A stretch of 64,000 nt of DNA from an uncultured Phycisphaerales bacterium (GTDB taxonomy: Bacteria; Planctomycetota; Phycisphaerae; Tepidisphaerales; Tepidisphaeraceae): assembly GCA_963755915.1 (NCBI GenBank), contig CAVWLP010000002.1, positions 1,280,001 to 1,344,000 on the forward strand, read 5' to 3'. Within the stretch, counting starts at the first letter, position 1, and every line of letters begins with the position of its first letter. This document shows, piece after piece, positions 17,485 to 27,340 of the stretch. The translations under genes were made by a program, and so were the position numbers. Below the pieces are notes generated by a model. It ran no database searches, had not been told where the DNA came from, and worked only from the letters and a program-made list of their open reading frames with translations.

Positions 17485-19457
17485 GTGCGTCAGTGAAACC
17501 GGTTTTGTCTTGTGAACTGAAAGGAGTTCACCATGGAATGACCCGTTAGCCGTGTAGCCGCCCGGGCGTGACGACGGAGCAATCGGTCGCGCGAAGCCCC
17601 GGAAGGCGAAGGCGCGAGCCGTAGCGTTAAGCGAACCCAAACCAGCCTCGTTACGCCAATGGGAGTGGCCAACCCGTCAGAGAGGGCCAAGCCGGCGCGG
17701 ACGATGAAGCAGCGGGTGCGAGCAATCGTCCGGCTCCTCGGGGTCGATGGGGACGGCGCGTGCCGACAGACAAGATCGGGAACTGAGAGACCCCACGCAT
17801 CGTTGTGCGGCTCGTTGGAAAGACATAACCAAGGGACGGGAAGCGTGGGGAGTCGGATGGGCTCATAGTAGCTGAGAAGCGGGGTAATGCCCGTGAGCGG
17901 AGGCGAAGCCTGCCGCGAGCCAAGGAGCCCTGACGGTATCGAGCGGAAGTAAGAAGAAGAGAGGCCCGCTTGCAGGGACAACCTGACAGTACGGATGATC
18001 CGACAGACTTGCCGGAGCACCTGAGGGTGAACTCCAGGGGTCTGCCGGGGAAAGTCTTTCTTCTGAGACAGAAGCTATACCTCAAAGCCAAGCGGGAACC
18101 GGGGTTTCGGTTTTACACCTTGTACGACCGGATCTGCCGGCGCGATGTTCTGGAAGCGGCGTGGGACCGGGTGTCCGCCAACGGCGGGGCGCCCGGCTTG
18201 GACGGGGTGAGCATCGAGAAGGTGCAAAACTCCGAGCACGGCGTCAGTGGATTCCTGAGCGAGATCGAAGAATCGCTCAAGACCCGCACCTACCGCCCGC
18301 AGCCGGTGAAGCGCGTGTACATTCCCAAAGCCAACGGCAAGCGGCGTCCATTGGGCATCCCCACGATCCGAGATCGCGTGGTGCAGATGGCGGTGCTGCT
18401 GCTCATCGAGCCGATCTTCGAGGCGGATTTCCTGGACTGTTCGTATGGATTCCGTCCCGGTCGCTCGGCTCACGATGCGCTGGAGGCGATCAAGCAAAAC
18501 CTCCAGCAGGGCCGAAGGGAAGTGTATGACGCGGATTTGCAGTCGTACTTCGACACGATTCCCCATGAGAAACTGATGGCGTGTGTCCAGAAGCGGATCA
18601 CGGACGGAAGCGTGCTGAAGCTGATCCGGATGTGGCTGAAGGCGGTGATCGTCGAAGAAGGCGAGAAGCCCGGCGATCCACCGAAAGTCACCCGGAGCAA
18701 ACAGGGAACGCCGCAGGGCGGAGTGATCTCGCCGCTGCTGGCCAACCTATATCTGCACTGGTTTGATAAATTGTTCCACCGATCCGATGGCCCGCATCGC
18801 TGGGCGAACGCCCGGCTGATCCGGTACGCCGACGACTTTGTCATCATGGCAAGGTATATAGGCCCTCAGATCAAGCAGTTCGTGGAACGCACGCTGCAAG
18901 GCCGGTTTGATCTGACGATCAACACCGACAAGACCCGCACGGTGAAGTTGAAAGAGCCGGGCGAAAGTCTGAACTTTCTCGGGTACAGGTTCCGGTACGA
19001 CCGGAGCCTGCAAGGCGGGCCGGGGCGTTATCTGAACCTCTGTCCTTCGAGCAAGTCGATGCAGCGTGAGCGGGACAAATTGCGGGAGATGACCGGACCC
19101 GAAGCAGGCTTTGTGCCCATCCCGGCGTTGATCGTACAGATCAACGAGCACCTGAGAGGATGGGCCAACTACTTCGGCAAAGGCTATCCGCGCAAGGCGT
19201 TCCGTCAGATCAACCGATTTGTGCAGGAGCGACTGGAACGACACCTTAAACGTCGCAGCCAGCGTCCGTTCCGTGTGCGCGGAGCGAGGAGCTGGTACGA
19301 ACAGTTGCAGCGTCTGGGCCTCATCAGCCTGCGACCTGTTCCGACCGTGAATGCTTGAGAAGAACAATACCGTGAGAGCCGGATGCGGGAAACCCGCTCG
19401 TCCGGTTCGAAGAGGGAGAGCTGAGCGGCAATCGGGTCGTTCAGTTCTCTACTCTAC
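17485..19457 (+). mobile_element. Complete group II intron (ribozyme plus intron-encoded protein)
   Basis: 5' GTGCG at 17485; domain V GAGCCGGATGCGGGAAACCCGCTCGTCCGGTTC with AGC triad (about 19376-19408); domain VI ending CTACTCTAC at 19457. Confidence 0.95.
17970..19358 (+). CDS. ltrA: Group II intron reverse transcriptase/maturase, no C-terminal endonuclease domain
   Basis: '[14 protein letters not shown]', 'SYGFRPGRS', '[17 protein letters not shown]', 'RYADD', 'FLGY', domain X 'LRGWANYF'. Confidence 0.97.
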   Translation: MQGQPDSTDDPTDLPEHLRVNSRGLPGKVFLLRQKLYLKAKREPGFRFYTLYDRICRRDVLEAAWDRVSANGGAPGLDGVSIEKVQNSEHGVSGFLSEIEESLKTRTYRPQPVKRVYIPKANGKRRPLGIPTIRDRVVQMAVLLLIEPIFEADFLDCSYGFRPGRSAHDALEAIKQNLQQGRREVYDADLQSYFDTIPHEKLMACVQKRITDGSVLKLIRMWLKAVIVEEGEKPGDPPKVTRSKQGTPQGGVISPLLANLYLHWFDKLFHRSDGPHRWANARLIRYADDFVIMARYIGPQIKQFVERTLQGRFDLTINTDKTRTVKLKEPGESLNFLGYRFRYDRSLQGGPGRYLNLCPSSKSMQRERDKLREMTGPEAGFVPIPALIVQINEHLRGWANYFGKGYPRKAFRQINRFVQERLERHLKRRSQRPFRVRGARSWYEQLQRLGLISLRPVPTVNA

Positions 19458-19887
19458 CGTGAGATTCTTCTGAAGATGCCCCAACCCATTACAGATTCTT
19501 TCGAATTTCAAAAATCTCAACCCAAAAATTCCCAGATTTCCCCAAAATAGGTACAAAACGTACACCCTTTGGACCTGTATATAGAGCTGCAATGTTTTTT
19601 CTCGCAGCCCCTATGTCAACCCTGTCCAACGAATCCCCATTGATCCCGGAACGCCCACCGCGCCGCGGTGGGGAAATCTCGCGATCCGATCATCAACCCC
19701 CCTTTCCTCCAAAAGTGGGAAATTTTGGGAAAATGTGAGTAATCCCCGTTCTTCCAACCTCACCGAACCCCAACTGCGCGCCCAGCGAAGGGGCTCCCCA
19801 GTTCAACCCTGTGGCGTCAACATTTATCTGAATGGTATATTACCCCCGGAATTTGATTCACAGGGTTTCCCAGCGGAGGGCACGAGA

Positions 19888-20514
19888 ATGACCCTGCACC
19901 GCGCCTCCTTGCTACTGCTGGCGGCAATCGGACTCCAGATCGGCGGATGCGGAAAAGAGTCCGCATCCCCGGCAACGCCAACACCAACGTCATCAACCGC
20001 CAACGTCCCCGCCGATCCCGCGCCAACCGCGCGGCAAAGCGTCTCAATCCCCGGCGTCCCCCTCGTCCTCTCCATTCCCGCCGACTGGAACGTCGTCGCC
20101 CCGGTCACCGAGGCCTACCTGGTCGGACCCGGCATAAGGATCGCCGTCACCACGCTCGATTACATGGACGACACCCGCCGCCGCCTTTTTGTGAGCGAGA
20201 TTCTCGACCAGGGCCGCGAACATCCCTATCGCATTCACGCCCGCGAGCTAAAAGATGCCGATGGAATGCAGGTGATCGAAAAGGTCGCCTACCTCGACAT
20301 GCCCGCCGTTTCCCCCTCAAAGCCCCCGCCGGCGACCGAGCCCTCCCAGCGCCTCTTCTGGACCGCCACCATCTTCGTCCCCGATCAGAACCGCTTCATT
20401 CCCTGCAGCCTGGAGCTGGCGAACATCACCGAAGCGGAGTATGAAGCCGACGAGGCCTCCGTCGAAACCATCGTCAAAACCGCCCACCAGGGCCAGCTCC
20501 CCAACCTGCAATGA
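19888..20514 (+). CDS. Putative lipoprotein
   Basis: Hydrophobic signal ending 'IGGC', Pro/Thr linker; stop overlaps gluQ start. Confidence 0.7.
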   Translation: MTLHRASLLLLAAIGLQIGGCGKESASPATPTPTSSTANVPADPAPTARQSVSIPGVPLVLSIPADWNVVAPVTEAYLVGPGIRIAVTTLDYMDDTRRRLFVSEILDQGREHPYRIHARELKDADGMQVIEKVAYLDMPAVSPSKPPPATEPSQRLFWTATIFVPDQNRFIPCSLELANITEAEYEADEASVETIVKTAHQGQLPNLQ

Positions 20515-21506
20515 ACATCCGCAAAACCCGCCTCGCCCCCTCGCCCACCGGCGCACTGCACCTCGGCAACGCCAGGACGTTTCTGGCCAACTGGCTCCTC
20601 GCCCGCCAGAAAGGCTGGCAAATCCTCCTGCGAATCGAAGACCTCGACGGCCCGAGAATCAAAACCAGCGCCGATCGCCTGCTCATCGAAGATTTGCAAT
20701 TTCTCGGCCTCGACTGGGACGAAGGCCCGATCTATCAGTCCTCGCGAACCGCCGATTATCGGGCCGCCATCGATTTACTGATCGCCCGCGGCCTCGCCTA
20801 TCCCTGCATATGCAGTCGGCGCGAAGTCGAGCTGGCCGCCAGCGCTCCCCACGCCGAAGACGGCGCCAGCATCTATCCCGGCACCTGCCGGGGAAAGTTC
20901 GATTCGATCGAATCCGCCGAAAAGGCCTCAGGCCGCAAACCGGCGATCCGGTTCGCCGCACCCGACCGCGACGTGCAGTTCAATGACGGCTTTGCCGGCC
21001 CGCAGAGCATCAACGTCGCCCGGCGTCTGGGCGATTTCGTCATCGCCAAATCGGACGGCACCGCCGCCTATCAATTGGCCGTCGTCGTGGACGATCTCGC
21101 CGCCGGCATCACCGATATCGTTCGCGGCAACGACCTCCTCGAATCCACCTTCCGCCAAATCCTCATTTACGATTCCCTCCGTCTTCCCCCCGCCCCCGGT
21201 AATCCGGGGGAGGGTAGGGGAGGGGGTTTTCTGCCCAGCTACATCCACCTTCCCCTCGTTGTCGGCCAAGACGGCCGCCGCCTCGCCAAACGCCACGGCG
21301 ACACCCGGGTCGAAACCTATCGCCGCCAGGGCGTCGCCCGCAGCCGGATCCTGTCGCTTCTCGCCAAATGGTGCGGGGTCCAGGATTGGGAAAACCTCGT
21401 CGATGATCCCCGCCATTTGATCCCGCGATTCGAACTGACGAGAATCCCGCCGTCGCCGATCGTTTTCACGTCGGCGGACGACGCCTGGCTGCGGCAAACC
21501 GGATGA
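20511..21506 (+). CDS. gluQ: Glutamyl-Q tRNA(Asp) synthetase with an in-frame repeat insertion
   Basis: 'RLAPSPTGALHLGN', 'LRIEDLDGPR', 'AYPCICSR', 'AYQLAVVVDD', 'RLAKRHG'; no anticodon-binding domain. Confidence 0.93.
   Translation: MNIRKTRLAPSPTGALHLGNARTFLANWLLARQKGWQILLRIEDLDGPRIKTSADRLLIEDLQFLGLDWDEGPIYQSSRTADYRAAIDLLIARGLAYPCICSRREVELAASAPHAEDGASIYPGTCRGKFDSIESAEKASGRKPAIRFAAPDRDVQFNDGFAGPQSINVARRLGDFVIAKSDGTAAYQLAVVVDDLAAGITDIVRGNDLLESTFRQILIYDSLRLPPAPGNPGEGRGGGFLPSYIHLPLVVGQDGRRLAKRHGDTRVETYRRQGVARSRILSLLAKWCGVQDWENLVDDPRHLIPRFELTRIPPSPIVFTSADDAWLRQTG
21184..21230 (+). repeat. Family A palindromic element translated inside gluQ (PPAPGNPGEGRGGGF)
   Basis: Matches the intergenic copy at 14155-14199; reading frame preserved. 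Confidence 0.9.
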
Positions 21507-22612
21507 ATCAATCCAGGGAATCGCGATTTCGGCAGATCATGGACGGTTCAGATCGAACCGCATCCGCACAACTCCTGCGCACGGCCGCGGCCATCGCCGA
21601 GCCCTTCTATTCCCTCGCCATGCAGTGGCGAAACCACTTTTACGACTGGGGAATTCTGCCCAGCCATCCCCTCGGCCGCCCCACGGTCAGCGTCGGAAAC
21701 CTCACCACCGGCGGCACCGGCAAAACGCCGATCGTCCAGTGGCTCACCCGCCGATTTCTTGCCGAGGGACAGCACCCCGCCGTCCTGATGCGCGGATTTA
21801 AACCCACTTCCAGGGTCGGCAGCGACGAGGAAAAACTGCTGGCGACCGATCAGATTCCGGTCATCGCCGATCCCGACCGCATCCGCGGCGCCGCCAGCGC
21901 GCTTCAGAAATATCCTCAGACCACGGTCTTCGTGCTCGACGATGGCATGCAGCATCGCCGCGCTCGGCGTGATTTCGAGCTGGTGCTGCTGCACGCCGCA
22001 CACCCATACGGATATGGGCACATCTTTCCGCGCGGGCTGCTTCGCGAATCGATCTACGGCCTGGCCCGCGCGGATGTGGTCCTGCTGACCCACTCCAGCG
22101 AGTCCAATGAGCGGGGTTTGCAGGACACGATCACTGGCCTCCACGAGCGCCATCCGCAGACCCCGGTTTTCCAGTGCGATCACGTGATCCAGGCGCTTCA
22201 CCCTGCCGAAGGATCGCCGATCCCCATCGAGCAACTCTCCGGCCGCCGATACTACGCCTTCTGCGGCATCGGCAGCCCGCAGAGTTTTTTCGATGGCCTG
22301 AGCAAGCATGGCGGCATCTGTGCCGTGGTGCGCGAGTTTGACGATCATCATGATTACACCAAGGCGGATATTGCCGGCCTCATGGCCGAAGCGAAGGCCG
22401 CCGGGGCGGAGATGGTGATTACGACCCAGAAGGATTGGGTGAAGGTTGAGCGCTTTGCGGATAAGTTTTCGATTCCGATGTTTTGGGCCGAACTTTCCAT
22501 TCGCTTCCACGCCGATCACGAGGAAAAGCTTTGGCAGTTGATAACGGCAAGACTGGCTCGCGCAGAGCGCCGAGAGATTAGGATCGGATGGCTCAACACA
22601 ATGGAGAAATGA
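21503..22612 (+). CDS. lpxK: Tetraacyldisaccharide 4'-kinase
   Basis: 'SVGNLTTGGTGKTP', 'LDDGMQH', 'PRGLLRE', 'FCGIGSP', 'FDDHHDY', 'TTQKDWVK'. Confidence 0.95.
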   Translation: MNQSRESRFRQIMDGSDRTASAQLLRTAAAIAEPFYSLAMQWRNHFYDWGILPSHPLGRPTVSVGNLTTGGTGKTPIVQWLTRRFLAEGQHPAVLMRGFKPTSRVGSDEEKLLATDQIPVIADPDRIRGAASALQKYPQTTVFVLDDGMQHRRARRDFELVLLHAAHPYGYGHIFPRGLLRESIYGLARADVVLLTHSSESNERGLQDTITGLHERHPQTPVFQCDHVIQALHPAEGSPIPIEQLSGRRYYAFCGIGSPQSFFDGLSKHGGICAVVREFDDHHDYTKADIAGLMAEAKAAGAEMVITTQKDWVKVERFADKFSIPMFWAELSIRFHADHEEKLWQLITARLARAERREIRIGWLNTMEK

Positions 22613-22613
22613 C

Positions 22614-23099
22614 GTGATGAATCCAGCAAAAAACACGATTTGCCTCTGGTTTAATCGCGACGCCGAGGAGGCGGCGCGGTTTTACGCCAGGACCTTTCCC
22701 GATTCGTCCGTCCTGGCCATGCATCGCGCGCCGGGAGACTATCCATCTGGAAAGAAAGGGGACGTATTGACCGTCGAATTCACCGTGCTGGGAATTCCCT
22801 GCCTCGGACTCAACGGCGGACCCGCGATCAAGCACAACGAAGCGTTCTCGTTTCAGGTCGCAACGGCTGACCAGGCCGAAACTGATCGCTACTGGAACGC
22901 GATCGTCGCCAACGGCGGCCAGGAGAGCGAGTGCGGCTGGTGCAAGGACAAATGGGGCTTGTCCTGGCAGATTACCCCGATCGCACTGACGAAAGCCGTC
23001 TTCGGTCCCGATCCTGCGGCCGCCAAGCGCGCGTTCGATGCGATGATGAAGATGAAAAAGATCGACATCGCTGCAATTGAGTCGGCGTGCCGCGGGTGA
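22614..23099 (+). CDS. VOC-family (PhnB/3-demethylubiquinone-9 methyltransferase-like) protein
   Basis: 'ICLWF..DAEEAA.FY', 'LNGGP', 'CGWCKDKWGLSWQI', 'MKMKKIDIA'. Confidence 0.92.
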   Translation: MMNPAKNTICLWFNRDAEEAARFYARTFPDSSVLAMHRAPGDYPSGKKGDVLTVEFTVLGIPCLGLNGGPAIKHNEAFSFQVATADQAETDRYWNAIVANGGQESECGWCKDKWGLSWQITPIALTKAVFGPDPAAAKRAFDAMMKMKKIDIAAIESACRG

Positions 23100-23154
23100 G
23101 ATCGCATCTTCGTCGCGTGCATTTTTGGGTGCACCAGGGGCAGACGGCGAGCGG

Positions 23155-23944
23155 TTATTGGGACTTTTTCCAGACGGTTTCTATGTAGGCCAGGCGGAGG
23201 CCCGCGCTGCTGGTTGCGGAAGCTGGGAGATCCGAAATCGGCGCCGCCGATGACGAGTTCGTATCCTTGTGCGAAGGCGACGTGGAGGCGGTGGCGGAGC
23301 ATGGCGGTGTGGATGCCGCGCCGGCGGAGAGTTGGGATGACGGCGGCGTTGCGGAGAGAGCACCAGGTGTCGGAGGCGGTGGCTCTGGAGAGTTCGCAGA
23401 TTCCAGCTGGCTCGTTCCGGTGACGGGCGAGGAAGAGTTGGAGATGTTCTTTGTGGATTGATTTTCGGACGCCGTTCTTGGCGTCGTCGCGCCACTGCGG
23501 GGGCCATTCGTTGGCCTGGGTGGCGATTTCGGCGGCGAGTTCGATGGTTTGAGGGGTGACTAATTCGATCGTGATTTCGGGGGGCAAAGTGGGAGGCTGG
23601 GGGGTGGGTGGGCCGTAGAGGATGGTTTGTTTCCAGTCGTGGAGGTAGTAGCCGGCGGCATTCAGGGCCTGGCCGACTTGGGGGGTGAAGTGGGCGTGGA
23701 CGAGATAGAAGATTGGGGAGGTGTTGCCGAAGAAGGCGAGGATTTCGGGGAGGCGGGGGACGTCGTCGTGATTGAAGCCAAAAACTCGGCTGGGGGGCCA
23801 GGGGCCGTTTTGTTTGCAGGCGGTTGTATTGCCGAACCGGAGGACCTTGGGGCCGTGGGGGTCAGTGGGAAGAGTTTCTTTGGGGGTGACGCAGAGTTCG
23901 AGTTGGCGGGTGAATTCGGTGGTGAGGATGGGGAGCTGAGGCAT
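23155..23944 (-). CDS. GNAT family acetyltransferase; frameshift near 23203 (probable sequencing error)
   Basis: 'LRNAAVIPTLRRRGIHTAMLRHRL', 'GSPSFRNQQR' continuing in a shifted frame as 'AGLRLAYIETVWKKSQ*'. Confidence 0.8.
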
Positions 23945-23998
23945 TTTTGCGTCTCGCGGTGGTGGGATCATACAGAAGATGAGGTGATAGGGCCGATG

Positions 23999-24040
23999 TT
24001 GAGATGTGTTCTCAATTGATCGTTGATACTGAGTCTCAGT
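23999..24040. promoter_or_regulatory. Two tandem Fur-like operator boxes upstream of the FTR1 iron permease
   Basis: TTGAGA-TGTGT-TCTCAA (23999-24015) and TTGATA-CTGAG-TCTCAG (24023-24039); 7-1-7 geometry like TGATAATnATTATCA. Confidence 0.6.
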
Positions 24041-24100
24041 CGATGTATTATGGGTTCCGCTTAAGGATTTGGCGGTGTCGCCGGTAGAAGGTGGTTGCAG

Positions 24101-25183
24101 ATGAGTTCGGATCGACAAGTGTTTGTGCCTGGGACAGTTACGCCGGTGCAACTGAATTATGCGCCGGTGCGGGCGGACGTACTGCGGCTTAAGCGGCTGG
24201 GGTGGGCGGGGGTTTTGGTGGCTGCGGCAATTGTGATCGCGATTTTGTTCTGGCAGGGGGTGACTTCGGCAGGGAATCCGGATCCTACCGTCAAGGGAAT
24301 CAGCCCGGCGGCGGCAATCGTGGATACCGGGGTTTTGGTTTTCCGGGAAGGGCTGGAGGCGATCCTGGTCCTGGCGGCACTGACGGCGAGCTTGGCGCGG
24401 ACGGAAGAAGGATATTGGAAGCCGGTGGCGGTGGGGGCGGGAGTTTCGTTCCTGGCCACGATCATGACCTGGTTTGTGGTGGTGGGAGTCATCGCTGATC
24501 TGGCGATCAATAACGCGCGGGCGCTGGATGTGCAGGCGGCGACTGGGCTGTTGGCGATCGTGGTGCTGCTGGTCATCATGAATTGGTTCTTTCACCGGAT
24601 CTACTGGACGGGATGGATCACCCATCACAATCGAAAAAAGCAGAGCTTGATTCGCGATGGGGAGCGGACGCGGCTGGCAATGTGGCGGGGGCTGGCGATT
24701 ATCGGGTTCACGTCGGTTTATCGGGAAGGGTTTGAAGTCGTACTGTTTTTGCAGTCGATGCGGCTGCAGGTAGGGTCGCATGTGATTCTGCTGGGGGTCT
24801 GCTGCGGGGTGGCACTTACGCTGACGGTCGCGATGCTGACGTTCGTGGCGCATTACCGGCTGCCCTATAAGCGGATGCTGGTGCTGACGGGGTTCATGAT
24901 CGGGATCGTGCTGCTGGTGATGGTGGGGGAGCAAGTTCAGGAGATGCAGCAGGCGAACTGGATTTCGACGACGAATATCAATGTTCATATCCCGGACTGG
25001 ATGGGGGTTTGGTTCAGCATTTTCCCGAACTGGGAGACCGTGGGGGCACAGGTTGTGGCGGCGACGTTTGTGATTGGGTCTTATATTCTGGCGCGGCGGG
25101 TTTGCCGAAAGAAAGTGCCGAAGGGGGTGGAGGTGGAGTGTATTGTTCCGGATTGCGGGAATTGTACGCGAGATTCGAAATGA
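24101..25183 (+). CDS. FTR1-family high-affinity iron permease
   Basis: Two RExxE motifs: 'VFREGLEAIL' and 'VYREGFEVVLF'; multiple transmembrane segments. Confidence 0.92.
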   Translation: MSSDRQVFVPGTVTPVQLNYAPVRADVLRLKRLGWAGVLVAAAIVIAILFWQGVTSAGNPDPTVKGISPAAAIVDTGVLVFREGLEAILVLAALTASLARTEEGYWKPVAVGAGVSFLATIMTWFVVVGVIADLAINNARALDVQAATGLLAIVVLLVIMNWFFHRIYWTGWITHHNRKKQSLIRDGERTRLAMWRGLAIIGFTSVYREGFEVVLFLQSMRLQVGSHVILLGVCCGVALTLTVAMLTFVAHYRLPYKRMLVLTGFMIGIVLLVMVGEQVQEMQQANWISTTNINVHIPDWMGVWFSIFPNWETVGAQVVAATFVIGSYILARRVCRKKVPKGVEVECIVPDCGNCTRDSK

Positions 25184-25530
25184 GAGACTGGAAACTAAAT
25201 CGGGGACCACGATTCTAAGACGGCGGGAAACGCCGCAGCCTAAACTTAAGTTGGCGCTGGGTTTGGGGGATGTCAGGTAAACAGACGTCGTTATGCCGGT
25301 GATGGGGGGCGAATGTTGGGAGCGGGGGGTAGTTGTGGACTTGGAAGGGCAGGGGAGATAGGGTTTGGGGCGGTAAATTTGACGAGTGAGGTATGGACGA
25401 GGCCTGAATTCTCAGTTCCCGTTACTAGCTCTATCGCCCTTATACCATCGGGCTACGATTGGCCCGCTTTCGAAGGTACCCCGAAAGTGAAGACACAGGG
25501 TGCACGTAAGCCCAATATCAGGAGTCAGCA

Positions 25531-25932
25531 ATGGGCAATAAGCTTTATGTCGGGAACTTGAGCTACGAGGCGACGAGTTCGGATTTGGAACAATTGTTTG
25601 GCCAGCACGGGACGGTGCAATCGGCGCAGGTGATCGCGGATCGTGATACCGGTCGAAGCAAGGGCTTCGGATTCGTCGAGATGGGATCCGAGCAGGAGGC
25701 GCAGGCGGCAATCGCGGCGCTGAATGGCAAGGAACATGATGGTCGCGCGCTCACCGTCAACGAGGCGAAGCCGCGTGAAGACCGTCCTCGCGGCGGTGGT
25801 GGTGGCGGCCGGGGCGGATATGGCGGCGGCGGAGGTGGTGGCCGCGGCGGCTACGGCGGTGGTGGCGGCGGCGGTGGCCGCGGGGGTTACGGCGGCGGCG
25901 GTGGGGGAGGCGGTGGCCGCGGCAGGTATTGA
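25531..25932 (+). CDS. RRM RNA-binding protein with a glycine-rich RGG tail
   Basis: RNP2 'LYVGNL', RNP1 'KGFGFVEM', 'LTVNEAKPRE', repeated 'GGRGGYGGGG'. Confidence 0.96.
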   Translation: MGNKLYVGNLSYEATSSDLEQLFGQHGTVQSAQVIADRDTGRSKGFGFVEMGSEQEAQAAIAALNGKEHDGRALTVNEAKPREDRPRGGGGGGRGGYGGGGGGGRGGYGGGGGGGGRGGYGGGGGGGGGRGRY

Positions 25933-25968
25933 TGGGCCGTAATGGGTCCGTTTTAATGAAGAGTGAGA

Positions 25969-26000
25969 TGGGCCGCGCTTTCGGCGCGGCCCTTTTCTTT
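25969..26000 (+). terminator. Rho-independent terminator after the RRM gene
   Basis: GGGCCGCGCT-TTC-GGCGCGGCCC followed by TTTTCTTT. Confidence 0.85.
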
Positions 26001-26080
26001 GCGCGTCACGATAATTCGGATCTGTTCCGTTAAAGTTGGCTGGCGGAAGAAGACGAGCCGGAAGAATAGAGGAGATTGCG

Positions 26081-26506
26081 ATGGAGACAAAAGCCATTGT
26101 GGTGAAGCGGCATTTTGAAGCGTCGGCGGAGCGGGTGTTTGATGCGTGGGTGGATCCGCAGCGCGCTGGGCGGTGGCTGTTCGCGTCGCCGACGGGGGAG
26201 ATCGTCCGGGTGGAGATCGATGCGCGGGTGGGTGGGGGGTTTTTGATCACTCGGCGCGATGGGGACGTTGATATTGAGCATGTGGGGAAATATTTGGAGA
26301 TGGAAAGGCCGGGGAAACTGGTCTTTGAGTTTTCGGTGCCGCGGTTTTCTAAAGAGATTACGGTGGTGTGCGTGGAGATTGTTTCAGGCGGAAAAGGGTG
26401 TGATTTGACGCTGACGCATACAGGGGTGTTGCCGGAGTGGGTGGAGAGGACGACGGAGGGGTGGGGGAAGATTTTGGAGGGGCTGAATGAGAAAATAGAG
26501 AGTTGA
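26081..26506 (+). CDS. SRPBCC/AHSA1-domain protein
   Basis: 'RHFEASAERVFDAWVDP', 'DARVGG', 'G.YLE.ERP.KLVF', 'GWGKILEGL'; GAGGAG before ATG. Confidence 0.9.
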   Translation: METKAIVVKRHFEASAERVFDAWVDPQRAGRWLFASPTGEIVRVEIDARVGGGFLITRRDGDVDIEHVGKYLEMERPGKLVFEFSVPRFSKEITVVCVEIVSGGKGCDLTLTHTGVLPEWVERTTEGWGKILEGLNEKIES

Positions 26507-26538
26507 AAGTAGAGAGTAGAACGGGGGAGGAGAGGAGA

Positions 26539-27077
26539 TCAGTTTCCGGCGCCCAGGCGTCCCAGATATATTCCCAGGAAGAAGACGACGGCGCCGCCGA
26601 GGATGACCTGGATGATGGTTTTGGCGAGGGGAGTTTTCATGTAATGGAAACGGATGCAGGCAATCGACAGTAGCTCGATGATGACGACCACATAGGCAAA
26701 TTGCAGGGCGAGGTTGAGGTTTTTGATCAGGAAGGGGAGGGTGTGGAGCATTCCACCGATCATGGTGGCGAGGCCGGTGATGAGTCCGCGGGCGAGGGGG
26801 TGGCCGCGGCCGGTGACTTTGCCGTCGTCGGAGAGGGCTTCAGCAAGAGCCATGCTGATGGCAGCGCCGACGGAGGCGGCGAGGCCGACGAAAAAGGCGG
26901 TGAGGGGTTTTTGGGTCAATATCGCGGTGGCGAAGAGAGGGGCAAGGGTGGAAACGGAGCCGTCCATAAGGCCGAGCAGCGCGGCTGGACTTTCTGGAGG
27001 ACGAATTGGTGTTTGTGGTGAGTGTCCGCGGGGGCTTGGAAAATCGCCGCGGGGAAGATGGGGGATTCGACGGACAT
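26539..27077 (-). CDS. VIT1/CCC1-family (MbfA membrane-domain-like) iron transporter; frameshift near 26980 (probable sequencing error)
   Basis: Hand-joined '[26 protein letters not shown]', '[25 protein letters not shown]'. Confidence 0.85.
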
Positions 27078-27236
27078 TTTTTGTTTTTTACCTTCTCTAT
27101 GTCTATCGAATAGTTTAGTGGGGTGGAGGTGGAAATGCCTAGATTTTCAGGGGATTTTTGCAGATTGGACTGAGTCTCAATCCAAATGTGAGGGGGTGTG
27201 GCAGAAAATTTTGTTTGATCCAGAAGAGGAGGATTG

Positions 27237-27340
27237 TTTTCGGTTTCGGTTTGTGTGACGAAAAGATGCGCTGGCTCGTATGTAATACGCGGTTCCGCTG
27301 CGGGAGCACGTGGCTGCTCTGGTGACGTTCGGGGCGGCCT
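27237..27340. repeat. 104-nt dispersed non-coding repeat, copy 2
   Basis: Colinear with 6314-6417, same orientation. Confidence 0.85.

Noticed and set aside
17970-19358. Reverse transcriptase considered as retron, DGR or defence RT
   Set aside because: It has maturase domain X and is enclosed by canonical group II ends (GTGCG, domain V, domain VI ending AC).
19460-19740. AT-richer stretch after the intron with loose inverted CCCAAAA/TTTTGGG tracts
   Set aside because: Pairing is low-complexity and I found no second copy or coding signal; left unassigned.
22889-25210. 773-aa minus-strand ORF
   Set aside because: Fusion artefact: the antisense of FTR1 runs in frame into the real GNAT gene, whose stop is bypassed by a frameshift.
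25790-25932. GGC/GGT-rich repeat as a DNA element
   Set aside because: It simply encodes the glycine-rich RGG tail of the RRM protein.
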